Below are positions 46,426 to 59,617 of a stretch of DNA of 64,000 nucleotides, piece by piece (positions within the stretch are counted from its first letter, which is position 1; each line of letters opens with the position of its first letter). The stretch spans positions 66,588,001 to 66,652,000 of the forward strand of contig NC_135806.1 of the NCBI RefSeq assembly GCF_964213995.1, in the 5' to 3' direction. The DNA is from Mustelus asterias (lineage: Eukaryota). The notes under the pieces were generated by a model that saw only the letters and a program-made list of their open reading frames with translations, made no database searches and was not told the origin of the DNA. The position numbers were made by a program, and so were the translations under genes.

Positions 46426-49400
46426 TGTATTTTTTACATTCATTTGTGATAGGCAGTAATTTATTAAACTGGAATGTACTGTTTCTGCTAAAGGTATGTG
46501 GTCAAGTTGCTCTGATGCTCAAAGATTGTCCTGTTTGTTGCACCGTGTTTGCTGATATGCAAATATACTTTCATCAAATTCTTTTTAAACGCTGTGTTAA
46601 CAGTGTGGCTGATGTGACTGTCTGCTGTTTTAGTCATTCCTTCTGTGAGTAGGAGTGATGAAGCACAGTGCACTAGATAGGGATAGTTTTAACTCCTGTT
46701 GGGTGTTTAATGGGCAGGTTTGGGCCAGCCACTCTCATTTTACTCCCTGCTCGATTTTACTGTCCACTGAATTCCATTCAGAGTAATATCGGGCAGCGTG
46801 TAACATGGGTATTGGACTTATTTCCTGCCTGACAGGTCAGGTTCAAATGATCCATATCATTTCTTTTTAAATGTTGAGTGATTCAGATTTCGCTAGTGGG
46901 CAGCCACAAAGATCACATGTTTTCAATCTGTTTTGCATGTGTAAAAACATTAATGTTGCATTTGAAAACTATACTTTACATTGCAGACCCACAAGTGTTA
47001 GGCTTACAGTTCCTCATGCCAGTTTTGAAGTGCAACTCACTGATCTGTCATTATTGCAAATCCCAATCTCACTTCGGGGGTTTAAAATTCACTCTGACGA
47101 GAGTGGAGCTGAGAACTGTCGTGTGAAAATCTCTGAGCTTCGCATGTGGGCTTGGGTTCAGATATTCTCCTTAATGGTTCTTAAAGGGTACCATATGAAA
47201 TTAGTTTTGGCAATCTCAGCTACCAGTGAGACTTGTCTACAGCATAAAACATCTGTTACAGTTTCACACTAAATTTAACAAGCAAGTACAAGGAAAGGAA
47301 GTGGCAAATGGGAGTCTCACAAGGGAAAGATATTTCTAAAGTGGAATTGAGGTAACACTGTCAGAATAAAGTATTGAAGTTGTGGACTGCTCCTGAACCA
47401 AGACTAAAATGGCGAGGCTGTATCAAGTCATGCGTCAGTTTTGGCAAGATGCAGGCAAAGGACCTTACTGATGTCACCTGCAAACTCCACCTCCAAAACT
47501 GGACTTTAATCTGCCTCCTGATTCTTTTGCTGATTGAAGCTGTTTTCTGTCCTGCCAGTTGGGGTTTGCTTAAATATATACTTCATATTTACTTTAGGAT
47601 TAACTTCTTCCAGTCAAAATTTTGGATGTTTCGGTGGTAAAAATTAAATAACCTTTAGTACATTTGTCCAACACTGAACTGACTTGTGCCATTATTAATC
47701 TATGAGTGTTTGATACAGTTGTTCTGTGTAAAGACTAGGGAAAATGTATTTTTTCTCAGTGTGTGCATATGTGCAAAGAAACTCAGGAATAGAACTTTAT
47801 TCACCTTTACTCTTGTCATACCCAGTCTAGGCATGTCTTATCATGAACTTTAAGTCAATACTTTTAAATATTGGACATAAACAAGTTGTTAAGATGGCTG
47901 CCGAATATCATGAGACGTTTGGCACTTGGACTACAGACAGTACAAAGTACCTGGCAATTACCTAATTAAATCTGGACATAAGTGAGGGTACCCTACAACC
48001 ATCCGTGGAAGTCACACATTTCATTGTTTAAAGATGCTTGCCTCCATGTCTAATATTGGACAAAAGTGAAGATTGAAAATTAATGGCCATTATCAACTTC
48101 CCACCATGTTGCAATGCCCATCCCATCGAAACGAGGCTGGATGGCCCTCAGAAGTTGAAACCCAGTAGTCATGTGATCAAAACTGGTTTATGAGACTGCA
48201 CTCTTATTAAATCATTGATTCCAGTCAAGAAACCTTAGACCTAGCACATGACAGACTGGAAAATGTAAAACAGAGGCAGAATTGACTGTAATCTATAAAA
48301 GTGCACTTTTGTATCCAATCTTTGCATCGCGTGTGTGCACATATGTGAGACCTAGTGTGTGGTGATGTGTTAATTTGGGGTAAGTGTGTGAGAATAAATA
48401 ATCCTCTTTATTTTAAAACTCACAAAAGCATGCTGCTGATTACTTAATTGGAACATACACTCCAAGGTAAGAAAAGATCCACCTTGTTTGATACAAAACA
48501 TACCAATTATGGACAATAAGAGCGCATACATTCTGTCCATGACACTCCATTTTGCCAAACTTAACTTTCTTGGTCACTTACATGCTGAGTCATTAGATTA
48601 TTTTATGAGGTTATTTTGTTTATTGTTTATTTATCATTGTATACTCATTTGGACTAAAATTTGCGCATTTTAATGTGTACTTATGAGTGAATGTTCTGTT
48701 TCAGATTGAGGTTCTTCTACAATCTGTGAAAAGATCTACATTACATATGGACAACATCAATCCTTCTGTTGCTTTTGTAAAATAGAAGTGCTGATCAGCA
48801 GTAGCAGCAATTAGTAAATGAAATAGAGATCTGATTTGAAGGGCCATAGAATGGCCTCTCCACTGATGCTACAGGAGAATTTCCAGTTCCTTCTGTTTTT
48901 GCTTCCAGGCGTCTATCCTCTGCAGTATTTTGTTGATGTCAGATTTGAAGTTATTTTAAGTTTTGTTTTCTATTCTTTTATATTGTGGATGCCACTTTAC
49001 TTTTCGCAATCAAACAGTTCAATGAATTAGAATTAACAAAAAAAATCTTTTAATTTCTGCCTCAAAATAGTTTAAAAGTTGAATGCTGATGCAATTGAAG
49101 GAAATGAATTAGAAAAGTTATTGAGCTTGACAGTGCCACTGAATTAACATATATCATTAAAATGACAATTATTAAAGCCCTGTGGGAGAATGATTGTGAG
49201 GCCTACGTTCTGAGTGGTAATTTTTAGAATGACTACTGTCATGTAAAAAATGGCAGTCCAGGCATGAAGATTCCCTTGAGCGATATTAATAGCAGTTTGC
49301 ATATTCTAATGTAGAGTGACAGTGATTAAATGCTTAGTGTGTGAACTGAAAATGCTGATTGAACCAGATATTGTGGATCAAATCCAATTAACTGAAGGCA

Positions 49401-49514
49401 CACAATACTTTTTCAAAATTATATATGCAACAGTGCTGTACGTCACACACAATCCAGACTTAATTTCTGTAGATAGTTTTGAGCTAACATGATGCAGCAT
49501 AACAAACCCACTTT

Positions 49515-50960
49515 TCTGTTTTTCTTTGGGATGTGGACATCACTGGCAAGGCCAGCATCTATTTCCAGTACCTATTTGCCCTTAAGACAGTGGTGATGAG
49601 GTGTCTTCCTGAATTGCTGCAGTCCATGTAGTGTTGCACGCCCAAAAGCGCTGTTAAGAAGGGAGTTTGACCCAGCGATAATGAAAGAATGGCAATGGTC
49701 AGGATGGTTTGGAATTTGGAGAAGGTTCTATTGCCATGATCCTGCTAGCCTTCTCCTTCTCTGTGATGGAGGTTGTTGAGATCTGCTTCCTAAAAAGGCC
49801 TGCTGAGTTATTACATTGCCCCTTGTAGATGGTCCTCAGTCCACTAGTGGTGGAGAGAGCGAATGTTTAAGGTGTTGAATGGGGTGCCAATCAACAGGCT
49901 GCTCTGTCCTGAATGGTGTTGGGGTTCCTGAATGTTGTTGGAGCTGCACTCACCCCCGCAAGAGGAAGGTGATTCCGTCAGAGACCTAATTTGTGTCTTT
50001 GGCTTTGGGGAATCAGGAGGTCAGCGATTCACAACAGAATTCCTAGCTTCTGACCTGCTCTTGCGGCCAAGGTATTTGTGGCTGGTCGGTTAAGTTTCTG
50101 GACAATGGTGATGCCTAGGATGTTGATAGTGGGGGATGTGATAATGGTAATACTATGGTATGTCAAGGGATGATGGTTCAACACTCTTTTTGGAGATGAC
50201 CATTGTCTAACATTTATGTGGCAAGAATGTCATTTGCCACGTATCATCCCAAATTCTTGCTGTATGGAGCACAGGTTGCTTCATTATCTGAGGAGTTGTA
50301 AATGAACATTGTAAAACCATCAGTGTGCATACCTACTGCTTATGATGGAGGAGAGATCATTGATGAAGCAGCTGAAGCTGGTTGGGGTCTAGGACATGAC
50401 CCTGAGGAACTCTTGCATCCATGTCTTAAGGCGGAGATGATTGGCATCCCACAGCTACAGCCATCTTCTTTTGTATTGGTTATAACGTCAACCCTAGGAG
50501 AGATATTGCCCTGATTCCCATTGATGTTAATTTTGTTGGGCTTCTTGATACCATACTTAGTCAAATGCCACCTTGATTTCCAAGCTTGCTGTGTTACAAC
50601 AGTGGCTACGCTTCATTGGCTGTGAAGTGCTATGGACTACTTAGTGGTTGTGAGAAGCATGATATAAATGCAACTCTTTTTGTTTGCTTTTTTTGAGGTC
50701 ACACCAGACACTCACCTCACCGCTTAAGTCTAGTTCTTTTGTCCATGTTTGCATCAAGGTTGTAATGTGCTCTGGAGCTAAGTGGTTTTGACAGAACCCA
50801 AACTTGGCATCTGCAAACCAATTATTTCTGAGTAAGTTGCTTGATAGCAGCATTGATGACTCCCTTCATCATTTTGCTGATGATTGAGAGTAATAGTTGG
50901 CTGCATTGGATTTGTCCTACCTTTTGTGAATAGGATTTAACTCGGCAAATTTCCCACATT
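49515..50960 (-). mobile_element. Decayed L2 LINE 3' half
   Basis: Reverse complement of the L2 tail GGGATGTGGACATCACTGGCAAGGCCAGCAT at ~49528; RT remnants DAKFGFCQNHLAPEHITTLMQTWTKELD and GCPRPQP/FIND region. Confidence 0.7.
50590..50685 (+). mobile_element. DeuSINE/SacSINE-like 3' end fragment
   Basis: TTACAACAGTGGCTAC...TTCATTGGCTGTGAAGTGCT...GATATAAATGCAACTCTTT resembles the AmnSINE/SacSINE 3' terminus as I recall it. Confidence 0.5.
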
Positions 50961-51584
50961 GTCATTGGTGAAGGCAGCAAGCACTCAGTGGACTGTTACA
51001 CCTGATGCTTCATGTCAATGACCGGTCTTTCCATGGATGTAAATATCATTGTTAGGTCTGCAACGTCATGGTACTCATATCTGAGACAGACTACTCCAAT
51101 CTCTCACTAAGCATGTGCAGTAAGTCACACATGCTTTGCTGCTGCCCCAGGACTGTCCTCTTCATCGATAACCAGGCAGGCAGAGATTTGAGCATTCTGC
51201 GCACTCCATCAGTGTCTTTGCATTCCTGTTCCTGTCTCCACCTCCTGCTCTTCATCAGTTCTGATGTGAAACACCATGTGACAGCCCAGCAAAATGTGTG
51301 TATTTGAGCTGGTGGGCAGTTTGCACGACAGATGCATCTCCGAGTGAGTGTCCTCCTTCTGCAGGATGGGGCTTTGAGAAATGAAACACATGAATTGGAA
51401 CTGTCAAGGTAAAAAGGTGATACGTCATTATTGTGCACATGATCATATTTCACTGGTTGCTGATGCCATGTCACTGTGAGTGAGTGCTGTTTGCCTTGTG
51501 GCTGTGTGATATTTAATTCTGTCACCAGAGTATTGGGAGGCCTCCAACTCTCCATCTTCAATGGGCAGGTATGCTGAGATTCAG

Positions 51585-52130
51585 CTTACCTTCAGTGTCT
51601 TCTCTATAACTGTCAGTATGGCGATGGTTAAGGGGGGAACCTCTTGTCCTCTGTCTTACTCTGTTCTCTTCTGCCAGGAGAGGGGGAAGAACTAACAAAT
51701 TAATGTAACAGAATGTGTTGAATGGATGGATGGATGGATGGATGGACAACGTTTTGTGGGAGATCACTGTAACATTCAGAGGTATGATATTCCATGAAGC
51801 AGGAGTTGAGTGTCAGTAGTCGACGAGAATGTGAGGAGGTGTCCAGACAGAGAAAAATGAGTGTACCTGCAAGGTAAGTTGGTATGAGCAGTGATGTGCA
51901 GGGGTAGGCTTGGGAAGGCAGAGTGAGGGTGTTTGAGGGAGGCACTCATAAGGATATACTTGAATATGTCATGTCCTCACCTTCCCTGACCCTGGGTTAA
52001 AAAATCTCTTCTGGCCCTGTATCCAGGAGCAGGGTGTCGCAATCATGCTGCTGACCTCTTGAGCAATTTCCAGCCACGCTTTGCTGTCCTCTTTGGCAGG
52101 CTTCTTCCTTTCCTTGGCAGGGAAAGAATC
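51585..52130 (-). pseudogene. Harbinger Myb/SANT-like DNA-binding protein remnant (copy A)
   Basis: Minus strand LFPAKERKKPAKEDSKAWLEIAQEVSS...SWIQGQKRF, then donor AAG/GTGAGG at ~51980; next exon-like piece ~51690-51585. Confidence 0.65.
51721..51746 (+). repeat. (GGAT)n microsatellite
   Basis: AATGGATGGATGGATGGATGGATGGA. Confidence 0.9.
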
Positions 52131-53605
52131 TTAGTTTTGCAAATGCTCATTAATATTATCAGTGATTGGTATAACCTTCTCTAAAAGCAATATCACTGGA
52201 TGAAAGCTGCATTCAAATAAAAATGTGTAGTTTCCTAGGTGGCAGAATTACCTGTGTGCTTCCAGCTTCATGGAGAATTGATCCATTATCTAATCGTACC
52301 TCAGAGCACTGTGCAATCCTGCTGTTACTGCATTTACTAGTTATCCAGGATTCCAAATCAAATGAAAATGCTGGAAACACTCACTAACTCAGGCACCATC
52401 TGTGGGGAGAATTAGTGATGGCAAGTTTTTAACAGTAGAAAACACATGGTTTTGAGTTTGTTCAAATCAGTAAAAATGTTAGCCAGTTCCAACAAGCTGA
52501 TGTCTGGGTCAATTCTGGTGTGTTTGGATGTGTGTAAAACTTCCTCTCGAGAGGCAAGTTCTTGCTGATGCTAGTTATAAGAACCACTTTTGATAAGATT
52601 TTGACCAGCATTTAAATTTCAAATCATAAGCATGATTTTGTCAGCTTCCTGAAATTCCCCACTGAAAGGAAGTGAGAAGATTGTATAGCATTTCCTGGGC
52701 TAATTAAAAGACCCAAGTAATTACTCTGTACTCAAAGTTTTTTTTTAACCTTCCCCTAAGAAAGGGTTTGTTATGGGTACATTATTTTGAAAGGCTAATT
52801 TGTGGATTTTGGAGGAATTGAGATTCACAGGTCAGGGGGGTAGTGTCACAGCTTAGATTGGACATCAGACGAGGAACGGGATCAATTGCATCAACAGCTG
52901 TGGTGAAACCCACTGGTGGTCACCAGGGAAGGGAACAGCAGCTGAGTGCTGTAAGTCAAAGATGCTCTGTCCACATAACACTGTACAGGGAAAGTCTAGG
53001 TTTCCTTCATTCTCAGATGAACTTTCAGGGGCAGAATTTGTCATTTCAGATGGTGGCAGACATCTGTAACATTGTAGAAGAATATCTGTTCTCTGATGGA
53101 CTTGACTAAGTGTTGCCCACATCTGCAACCGCAGCTCCCAGTCTCCTTTACCTTTGGATCCATCCAAGACACTACTGGAGACGTGTCCAGGAACTCCCAG
53201 CTGACTGCACATGGATGCCTAAGGCAGGTAACTGATAGCTTGTTTGTCAAGGCTGGCAATTATGTCAACTTTATCTGTGGTGGCATAAGTTGGGATGTAT
53301 GAGTGTTTGTGTTTGTGCCCCTGGCTAGTTCCCCATAGGTACAGGACATTATAAAATGCACACACATGGCAATCAGTGCTATCCAGGTTAACCAGCAGTA
53401 TTCATCAACCCACAAGGAATTCCATTCCGTCATTGTTCAGTTTGAGCATCATGCTAAGAAAAGGTTCCAGGAAGTATGTGCCAGATTCCTGGAGACCTCC
53501 CATAATAATTTCACTCTGTGACAGTTTGAGTTCCCTGACATCTTTGGACCTGCGAGCGGACCTAATTGGTAATGGCTAGCAGACAAAAGATTCCAAATTC
53601 AAACC

Positions 53606-53741
53606 TATATTAAAAAGAAGAAAATACTGTGAATGCTGGAAATCTGAAATAAAAACAAAATGCTGGAAAAAGTCAGCAGGTTTGGCAGCATCTGTGGAGA
53701 GAGAAACTGAGTTAATGTGAGTCCATATGACTCTTGTTCAG
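53606..53741 (-). mobile_element. PLE family-2 pLTR fragment with decayed hammerhead
   Basis: Minus strand CTGAACA-AGAGTC-ATATG-GACTC-...-TTAACTCAGTTTCTCTCTCCACAGATGCTGCC; GAGTC/GACTC stem II retained, GAAA lost. Confidence 0.6.
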
Positions 53742-53834
53742 TTTTTTCTTCTACCCCCTTCAAACCTGCCTGATTATACCCCTGAGGAAACCAACCAATG
53801 AAGAAGCTCAGTAGGATTCCAACAACATTCATAT

Positions 53835-54606
53835 TGTCAAGGTACCAGATCAGAAACCCCAAAACATGTTGGAAAGCCTGACGAGACCCCAACGGTTTTT
53901 CTATTTTGGCATTAGTGTGAGGATAAGGTGTTACACTCCAGGTGTGATTCTATTGATGCACTAGGAAGCTTTAATCAAAACAAACTTTATTTAACAATAT
54001 AGTTCAACAACAATGAAGTTTAACTTCTACCAATTAAAATACTTAAACATGTCACAATTCTTAGCTGCTAATCTATCTCTGTTAGTTCCAATTCAAGCAA
54101 TATTCCTCTTATAGACTTAAACTCCTCTTCAAAATCAGTTTGCGACACATAGGCTTGTGTGCTGGTACTTGGGCTACCGGTCCTTGAGCCTTCAGAACAC
54201 CTCTGGAGAGAGAGACAGAGAGAGAGAGACTATTTCTCCTTGGAAGTCCCAAACAGCAGCCTCCAGAGAGGGAGAGAGAGAAACACCTCTTGCTTCTTTC
54301 AGAGCCCAGCAGCAACTGTGTGCATTTCCCTGTAAGCCTAGCTTCTCCCCAATCAATCTGTCAATCAACCTAATCTAAACCCTACTCTGAAACCCAAGGG
54401 GGAAAAAAACAAATAAACAAAAATGCATTAACTCAGATTAAAACAAACACATCCCTCACTAAAATCAATCATAAATCTGCATTCTCAATATGTGAGCTAC
54501 CTGGTGCAGACAAGTCGGCACCATGTAAAACAGAGCTGAATTTTAAACATAACCCTCATGAGAAACATAATATGAATACATTTCTTGAAGGCACAGTATC
54601 ATCACA
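53835..54606 (-). mobile_element. Solo LTR (772 bp) inserted in the Harbinger transposase
   Basis: TGTCAA...ATCACA ends; imperfect 4-bp TSD ATAT/ATCT; AATAAA on minus at ~53986-53991; transposase motifs resume on both sides. Confidence 0.7.
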
Positions 54607-55207
54607 ATCTGACCACCAGATGTACCATTGAGCAAATGATCAGCCTGCTTAAGATGTGGACAGATCTGAAAGTGCCATTCAGTACTTCAATGTGTGCAGC
54701 CAGCCAGAATCTGAGAATAATTGTGGTTTTCTGCACACACTGTGTAGCAATGAGGAGCTACAGGAGGAACAAGCCATTGGGCACATTTGTGGATTATTCC
54801 AGTGAAGAGATAAAGGAAGAGGATAGTTCCCCCGATACAACACCAGCCACTTACTTACATTCCTGCCCAGGATGTTAGTGATTTCATTATAGCTGTAAGT
54901 TCAGTCAGCCACCATCACTAGACAACTACACACTCATCCGAACATAAGAATTGGGAGCAAGAATGGTCGCTCTGCACTCGAGCCTGCTCTGCCATTCCAT
55001 AAGATCATGGCTGATCTGATTGTAACCTCAATTCTGCATTTTCATCTTCCCTTGATAACCTTTCATCCCCTTGCTTATCAAGAATCTATCTAGCTCTATT
55101 TTTAAAATATTCAAAGCTTCCACTGCCTTTTGAGGAAGATATTTCCAAAGATTCACAACCCTCTGGAAAAATAATTCTCCTCATCTGTCTTAAATGGGTG
55201 ACACTTT

Positions 55208-56669
55208 GGGCCCGATTTTACCAAAATTTCGCGCCCGTTTTTGGGCGCGAAATCATGGTAAAGTTTGGCGTCAGGCCTAAAACGCGGTCCAGACCCAACC
55301 CAAGGCCAATTGCGCCTTTACCAACGGCCGATCTGGGCACTGATCCGGCGCGTGCCCATATCGGCCAGCGGGCCGATTTAAATGTATTTGCATGCATTTA
55401 AATCGGCATAATGAAGCCCACGCCCAACTTACCCAAGGATTCCCACTTTACGAGGCTCTGATCCGATTGGCGCCCACGCATTTACCGTGTTGCTGAATTC
55501 AAGTCTGATAGGGCTTCAACTCAGCAACTGAACCGCCGAATCGCCCCCGGCCACCCCGGTCCGCCCCCGTGAACCACCCCGGCAGCCCAACCCTCCCCCC
55601 CCCCCCCCAGATCGGACCACCCTGGGACGCAGGCCCCGCCAGCAGTGGCCCCCCCCCCCGCCCAGGGATCGGACCCCCCGGGCCCCCGACTTACCTTGAT
55701 CGCTGGTGTCCGTCGAAAGCATCTTGCGATCCTGCATCCTGGCCTTGCTCCGGGGGTCCTGATGGGTAGGATGACGTCTCTTCACTGGGTAGGGGGTGGG
55801 GGTGGTGCGGGGATAGGGGTGGATGTGACATCTCTTCCCTGAGGGGGGGGTGGGGGGGGGGGCTAGGGGGGGATGTGATGTCTCTTCCCTGAGGGGTGGG
55901 AGGGGGGGGATAGAAATCATAGAAACCCTACAATGCAGAAACAGGCCATTCGGCCCATCAAGTCTGCACCGACCACACTCCCACCCAGGCCCTACTCCTA
56001 TGTCCCTACATGTTTACCCGCTAATCCCTCTAACCTACGCATCTCAGGACACTAAGGGGCAATTTTAGCATGGACAATCAACCTAACCCACACATCTTTG
56101 GACTGTGGGAGGAAACCGGAGCACCCGGAGGAAACCCACGCAGACACGAGGAGAATGTGCAAACTCCACACAGACAGTGACCCAAGCCAGGAATCGAACC
56201 CAGGCCCCTGGAGCTGTGAAGCAGCAGTGCTAACCACTGTGCTACCGTGCCGCCCTGATGTCTCTTCCCTGAGGGGGGGAGGGGGGGAGGGGGGGGATGT
56301 GACGTCTCTGCCCCTGGGGGGGGGGGGGGGGCGGAGATGTCACATCCCCCCGCACAACCCCCCCCAGGGAAGAGACGTCACATCTCACCCCCCCTACCCC
56401 CACCCCCGCCCCCCCCACCAGGGAAAGTCAAAGGCAGCACAGACAGCAGTGCTGTCAGCTTTGACTTTCGCGCTCGGGCGCGCTGAGTGCTGTCGGCTTC
56501 GAACTGCGCATGCACAGTTCGGCGCTCCGAAAGATGCAAATGCGTTAGGCCCCGCCCGCTGGACCCGTGCCGAAAAAGGCGTATGGGAGCGCTGGAGTGT
56601 GTCTGCCGGGCGTGGGTCTGATTTACGACAGCATCCGGCACTTAGAGCCGATTTGGTAAAATCGGCCCC
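55208..56669. mobile_element. Young CpG-rich Harbinger-type MITE with 3-bp TSD
   Basis: 18-bp TIRs GGGCCCGATTTTACCAAA / TTTGGTAAAATCGGCCCC (1 mismatch); TSD TTT at 55205-55207 and 56670-56672; CACTTAGA at 56639-56646. Confidence 0.85.
55910..56255 (-). mobile_element. Young HE1-like V-SINE nested in the MITE
   Basis: Near-identical reverse complement of 23665-24015. Confidence 0.9.
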
Positions 56670-57669
56670 TTTATTTTAAAATAGTGACCCCTGTTTCAAG
56701 ATTTTCCCACAAGAGGAAATATCCATTCCACATCCACCCTGTCAAGTCCCCTCCGATCCTAAAGGGTCTTGATAGGGTGGATGTGGGGAGGACATTTCCT
56801 CTTGTGGGAGAATTAGAGGGAGATCCCACTTTCATGTTCCCTTTTGCTATCATCTCTCTCCTGGACCAGTCACATTTCATTCCTGTCAATCTGATAGACA
56901 GCAGTTTGGTGCAGATCAGTGAGGCTAAGTTATCTGGCATGCTACTTAAGATGCCAGAGTTATTAGGATCCAGTTTGTGCATGGTTGTGGTCAAGGCCTA
57001 TATTGACTTATTTGAAGACATGATTAGTGTTCCGTAGAGTCAGTTACTCTCTCCATGGGAGAAAACAGCCTTGCTTGCCCTGTGACATCAATTCATTCAT
57101 GCTTATGTTGGCCTCTGCCATATATTCTGCAATTTGGACAATGCACATGCAAGGCCTGATAGGAGTTTGCAGATTTTCTGCACCGCTTAATAATTTTCAC
57201 TGATGCCCACAGGGAGAACAATCAGTGTTCAGACAAATAGAATGGAAAGTGGCTGTAATCTCTGTCCCTGACATCACTCTCTAATTCTGCTGACTTGCGA
57301 ACTGTGAATCATCAAATGGAAACACAACTAACCGCCTGACTGGATCTGCCAAAGTGCGAGTATCTGTGCAGGTGCATGTTAATGATGAGTCCTGTAATAG
57401 TGCATCCTCAGAAAGAATCAGCTCCTCTGAGGATTCATTGTCAGATTGGTTCACTCACTGCTTCGATATGTGTGTCAGCCTTGGTGGAGGGAAATGGTAT
57501 GAATTGTGACTAATGGCAAGGTAAGAATGTTGCAATTTAGGATTATGAAAATATCATATTTCACTTGTTGCTGCAATCAAGGCAACATGACTGAGTGTTG
57601 TATGATATGTGGGGAACCGCTAGTTGATTCTGTCACCAGGTAGCTGGGTTGGCCAATCTCATTATATTT

Positions 57670-58265
57670 GATGGTGATCTCCAGCCCTATTCCTCTTCTG
57701 CAGTTCTCAATTGAGAAATCTGTTGGGGGCCAACTCTGGCTCTCTCCCATTCCTCAGTGCTTTATGCTCTCTTCTGTAACAGGGGAAATAGCAGATCCAT
57801 ATGTGACTGTAATGGTCTGCGTTCCCCTGAAACAAGCAGCACATTTGGCTAACAGGGAGGAGTGTCAAATTGCATAAGCATCAAGGTGAATGGCAGTGGT
57901 GGAGATGTGAGGATGTGCGTGGGAAGAGAATGATGGGTGCACTTGCTAGATTAGCGGCTTTGAAGAATGATGTGATGGAGTACACTCCACAAGGCAGAGG
58001 GAATAAAGTGAATGATGTGTGCCATTGGATATAGGTGAATCTGCTTACCTTTCTTGACCTGGTTTCTTCACCGAATCCAGGAGCATGGGAGGATGACCTT
58101 ACCAATGTCTTCCACAGCTACCTCCGGGTATGTTTTCTTCACTGCATCACCAGGCTTCTTCTTCACATTGCTGGAGAAGGGCACCTCTCTCCCACTCCTC
58201 ACAGCACACAGCAGTGCATCAAGCGATGTGCCATTAAAGCTTGGTACAGCCGTGACTGTCCTGAT
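57670..58265 (-). pseudogene. Harbinger Myb/SANT-like gene remnant (copy B), convergent with the transposase
   Basis: ORF 58068-58313 AVPSFNGTSLDALLCAVRSGREVPFS...KKTYPEVA...SWIR, donor AAG/GTAAGC at ~58045; next exon-like piece after TGTTACAG at ~57775. Confidence 0.65.
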
Positions 58266-59484
58266 CCTATCACAACCATTCTCCTTCAGTTTTTTAACAT
58301 CATCAAAATTCATCCTGGGATTGACACTTTAAATGTCACTGGTGCAATTGTCATGTTTGTCTGCACCACATATGCTGCCATCTATTCAATAACAAACCCG
58401 AAAGTATGATGGTAGTGAAGTGACTATGTTGAATTTGAACAAATTGAATTGGTGTGAAACTGAATGTTGTTGAATTTGCTTCTATTTTTGTGTTCATATT
58501 ACTAGTTTTCCTTTGACATCCTTATTTGTTACAGTAGGTAAATAATATGTACAATACAACTTATACACATTTGAGTAATTTTGTGAGACCCCTTTTCAGA
58601 TGGGAAATAGAGCAATGCAACAATAGATAAAATGATAGCGTGCAATTTACACTGACGTGCACTGCTTCACCCTGGGAGTGGAGCCATATAAAATTCAAAT
58701 GTGTGAATGCCCATCAAGGTGAAGCCAGGCCACCCAGCCTCAATAATGTAGTATTATCTGGGTGTATGGGCAATCTTAGTGTGTCTGTAAAGAGGAAACG
58801 TGAGGCCAATCAGCACAGTGACACCCAAATCTATTCGACAGTTTATCTTGACAGTGATTTGTTCTTACAATAGCATTTTTCTGCAGCTGTAACCTAATGT
58901 TACTCTGTACGGTAACTGAAACCATGCCCAGAAGGCTGCATCTTCTGTTCACATGTGTGATGCCTCAATGACAAGCGTGCACTTAAAGTTACCGAGGTAT
59001 GACTGAAGGTTCATTTGATATCCAGTAGTATCTAGCAGCACTGTGGAGGACTTGAGCCACAGCGTGAGTGCTGTTCCTCACCTCCTGTGTGAAGAAACAA
59101 CAACGCGTTTCATTAAAGCATTCTTATGTGAAACGTCCATTAGCATTATGAAGGTATTAATGGCATTGTGTTTGAAACTGCCAATGTGGAGTATGACAGG
59201 AACTGCAAGGTCTGGTGAGGACAGACGACAAGATAAGTAAATATTTGAATGGTTTTGTTTTCCTGCAGGTCGTCTGAGGAGCTAGATTTCAAACTAGGAA
59301 AACTAACACCTGGGAGGAGACCTTCAGATCAGCTCTTGGGATGAGCCATTTTAAAACTGAATTCAAGGCAGTGGGAAGATAGCCATGTGTCAGTTAAATG
59401 AGCAACCCTAGACTACCCATTCCAAAATATTAAATTATTTCTGTGCAAAATAATTAAAGGCAGGGAGAAAGATTTGCACATTTA

Positions 59485-59606
59485 GGCCCTGATTTTACCG
59501 GCACGGCCGCCCAAGGTAGGATCGCACCCAAGGCCAATGGGGAATGCCGTCCTGCGAGCTTCGACCGCCCCGATTTCAGGGTGGCTGTGCCAGTAAATTC
59601 AAGGCC
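59485..59606. mobile_element. 122-bp Harbinger/Tourist-type MITE with TTA TSD
   Basis: 24-bp imperfect TIRs GGCCCTGATTTTACCGGCACGGCC / GGCTGTGCCAGTAAATTCAAGGCC; TTA at 59482-59484 and 59607-59609. Confidence 0.85.
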
Positions 59607-59617
59607 TTAGTCTCTCA

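Larger units (their letters stand above)
52860..54880 (+). pseudogene. PIF/Harbinger transposase pseudogene interrupted by a PLE fragment and a solo LTR
   Basis: VADICNIVEE; FGSIQDTTGDVSRNSQLTAHGCLRQVTDSLFVKAGNYVNF; VQDIIKCTHMAI; EFHSVIVQ; VCARF; PLRKPTNEEAQ; TTRCTIEQMISLLKM. These are HARBI1-like DDE motifs in the expected order. Confidence 0.8.
54940..56760 (-). mobile_element. CR1 3' fragment split by a MITE
   Basis: GAACATAAGAATTGGGAGC tail at left; CTTAAATGGGTGACAC/TTTATTTTAAAATAGTGACCCC is continuous across the MITE. Confidence 0.75.

Noticed and set aside
59269-59380. Strong acceptor TTTTCCTGCAG followed by GTC GTC TGA and an open frame (selenocysteine idea)
   Set aside because: No recognisable selenoprotein motif, no good donor and no SECIS seen.
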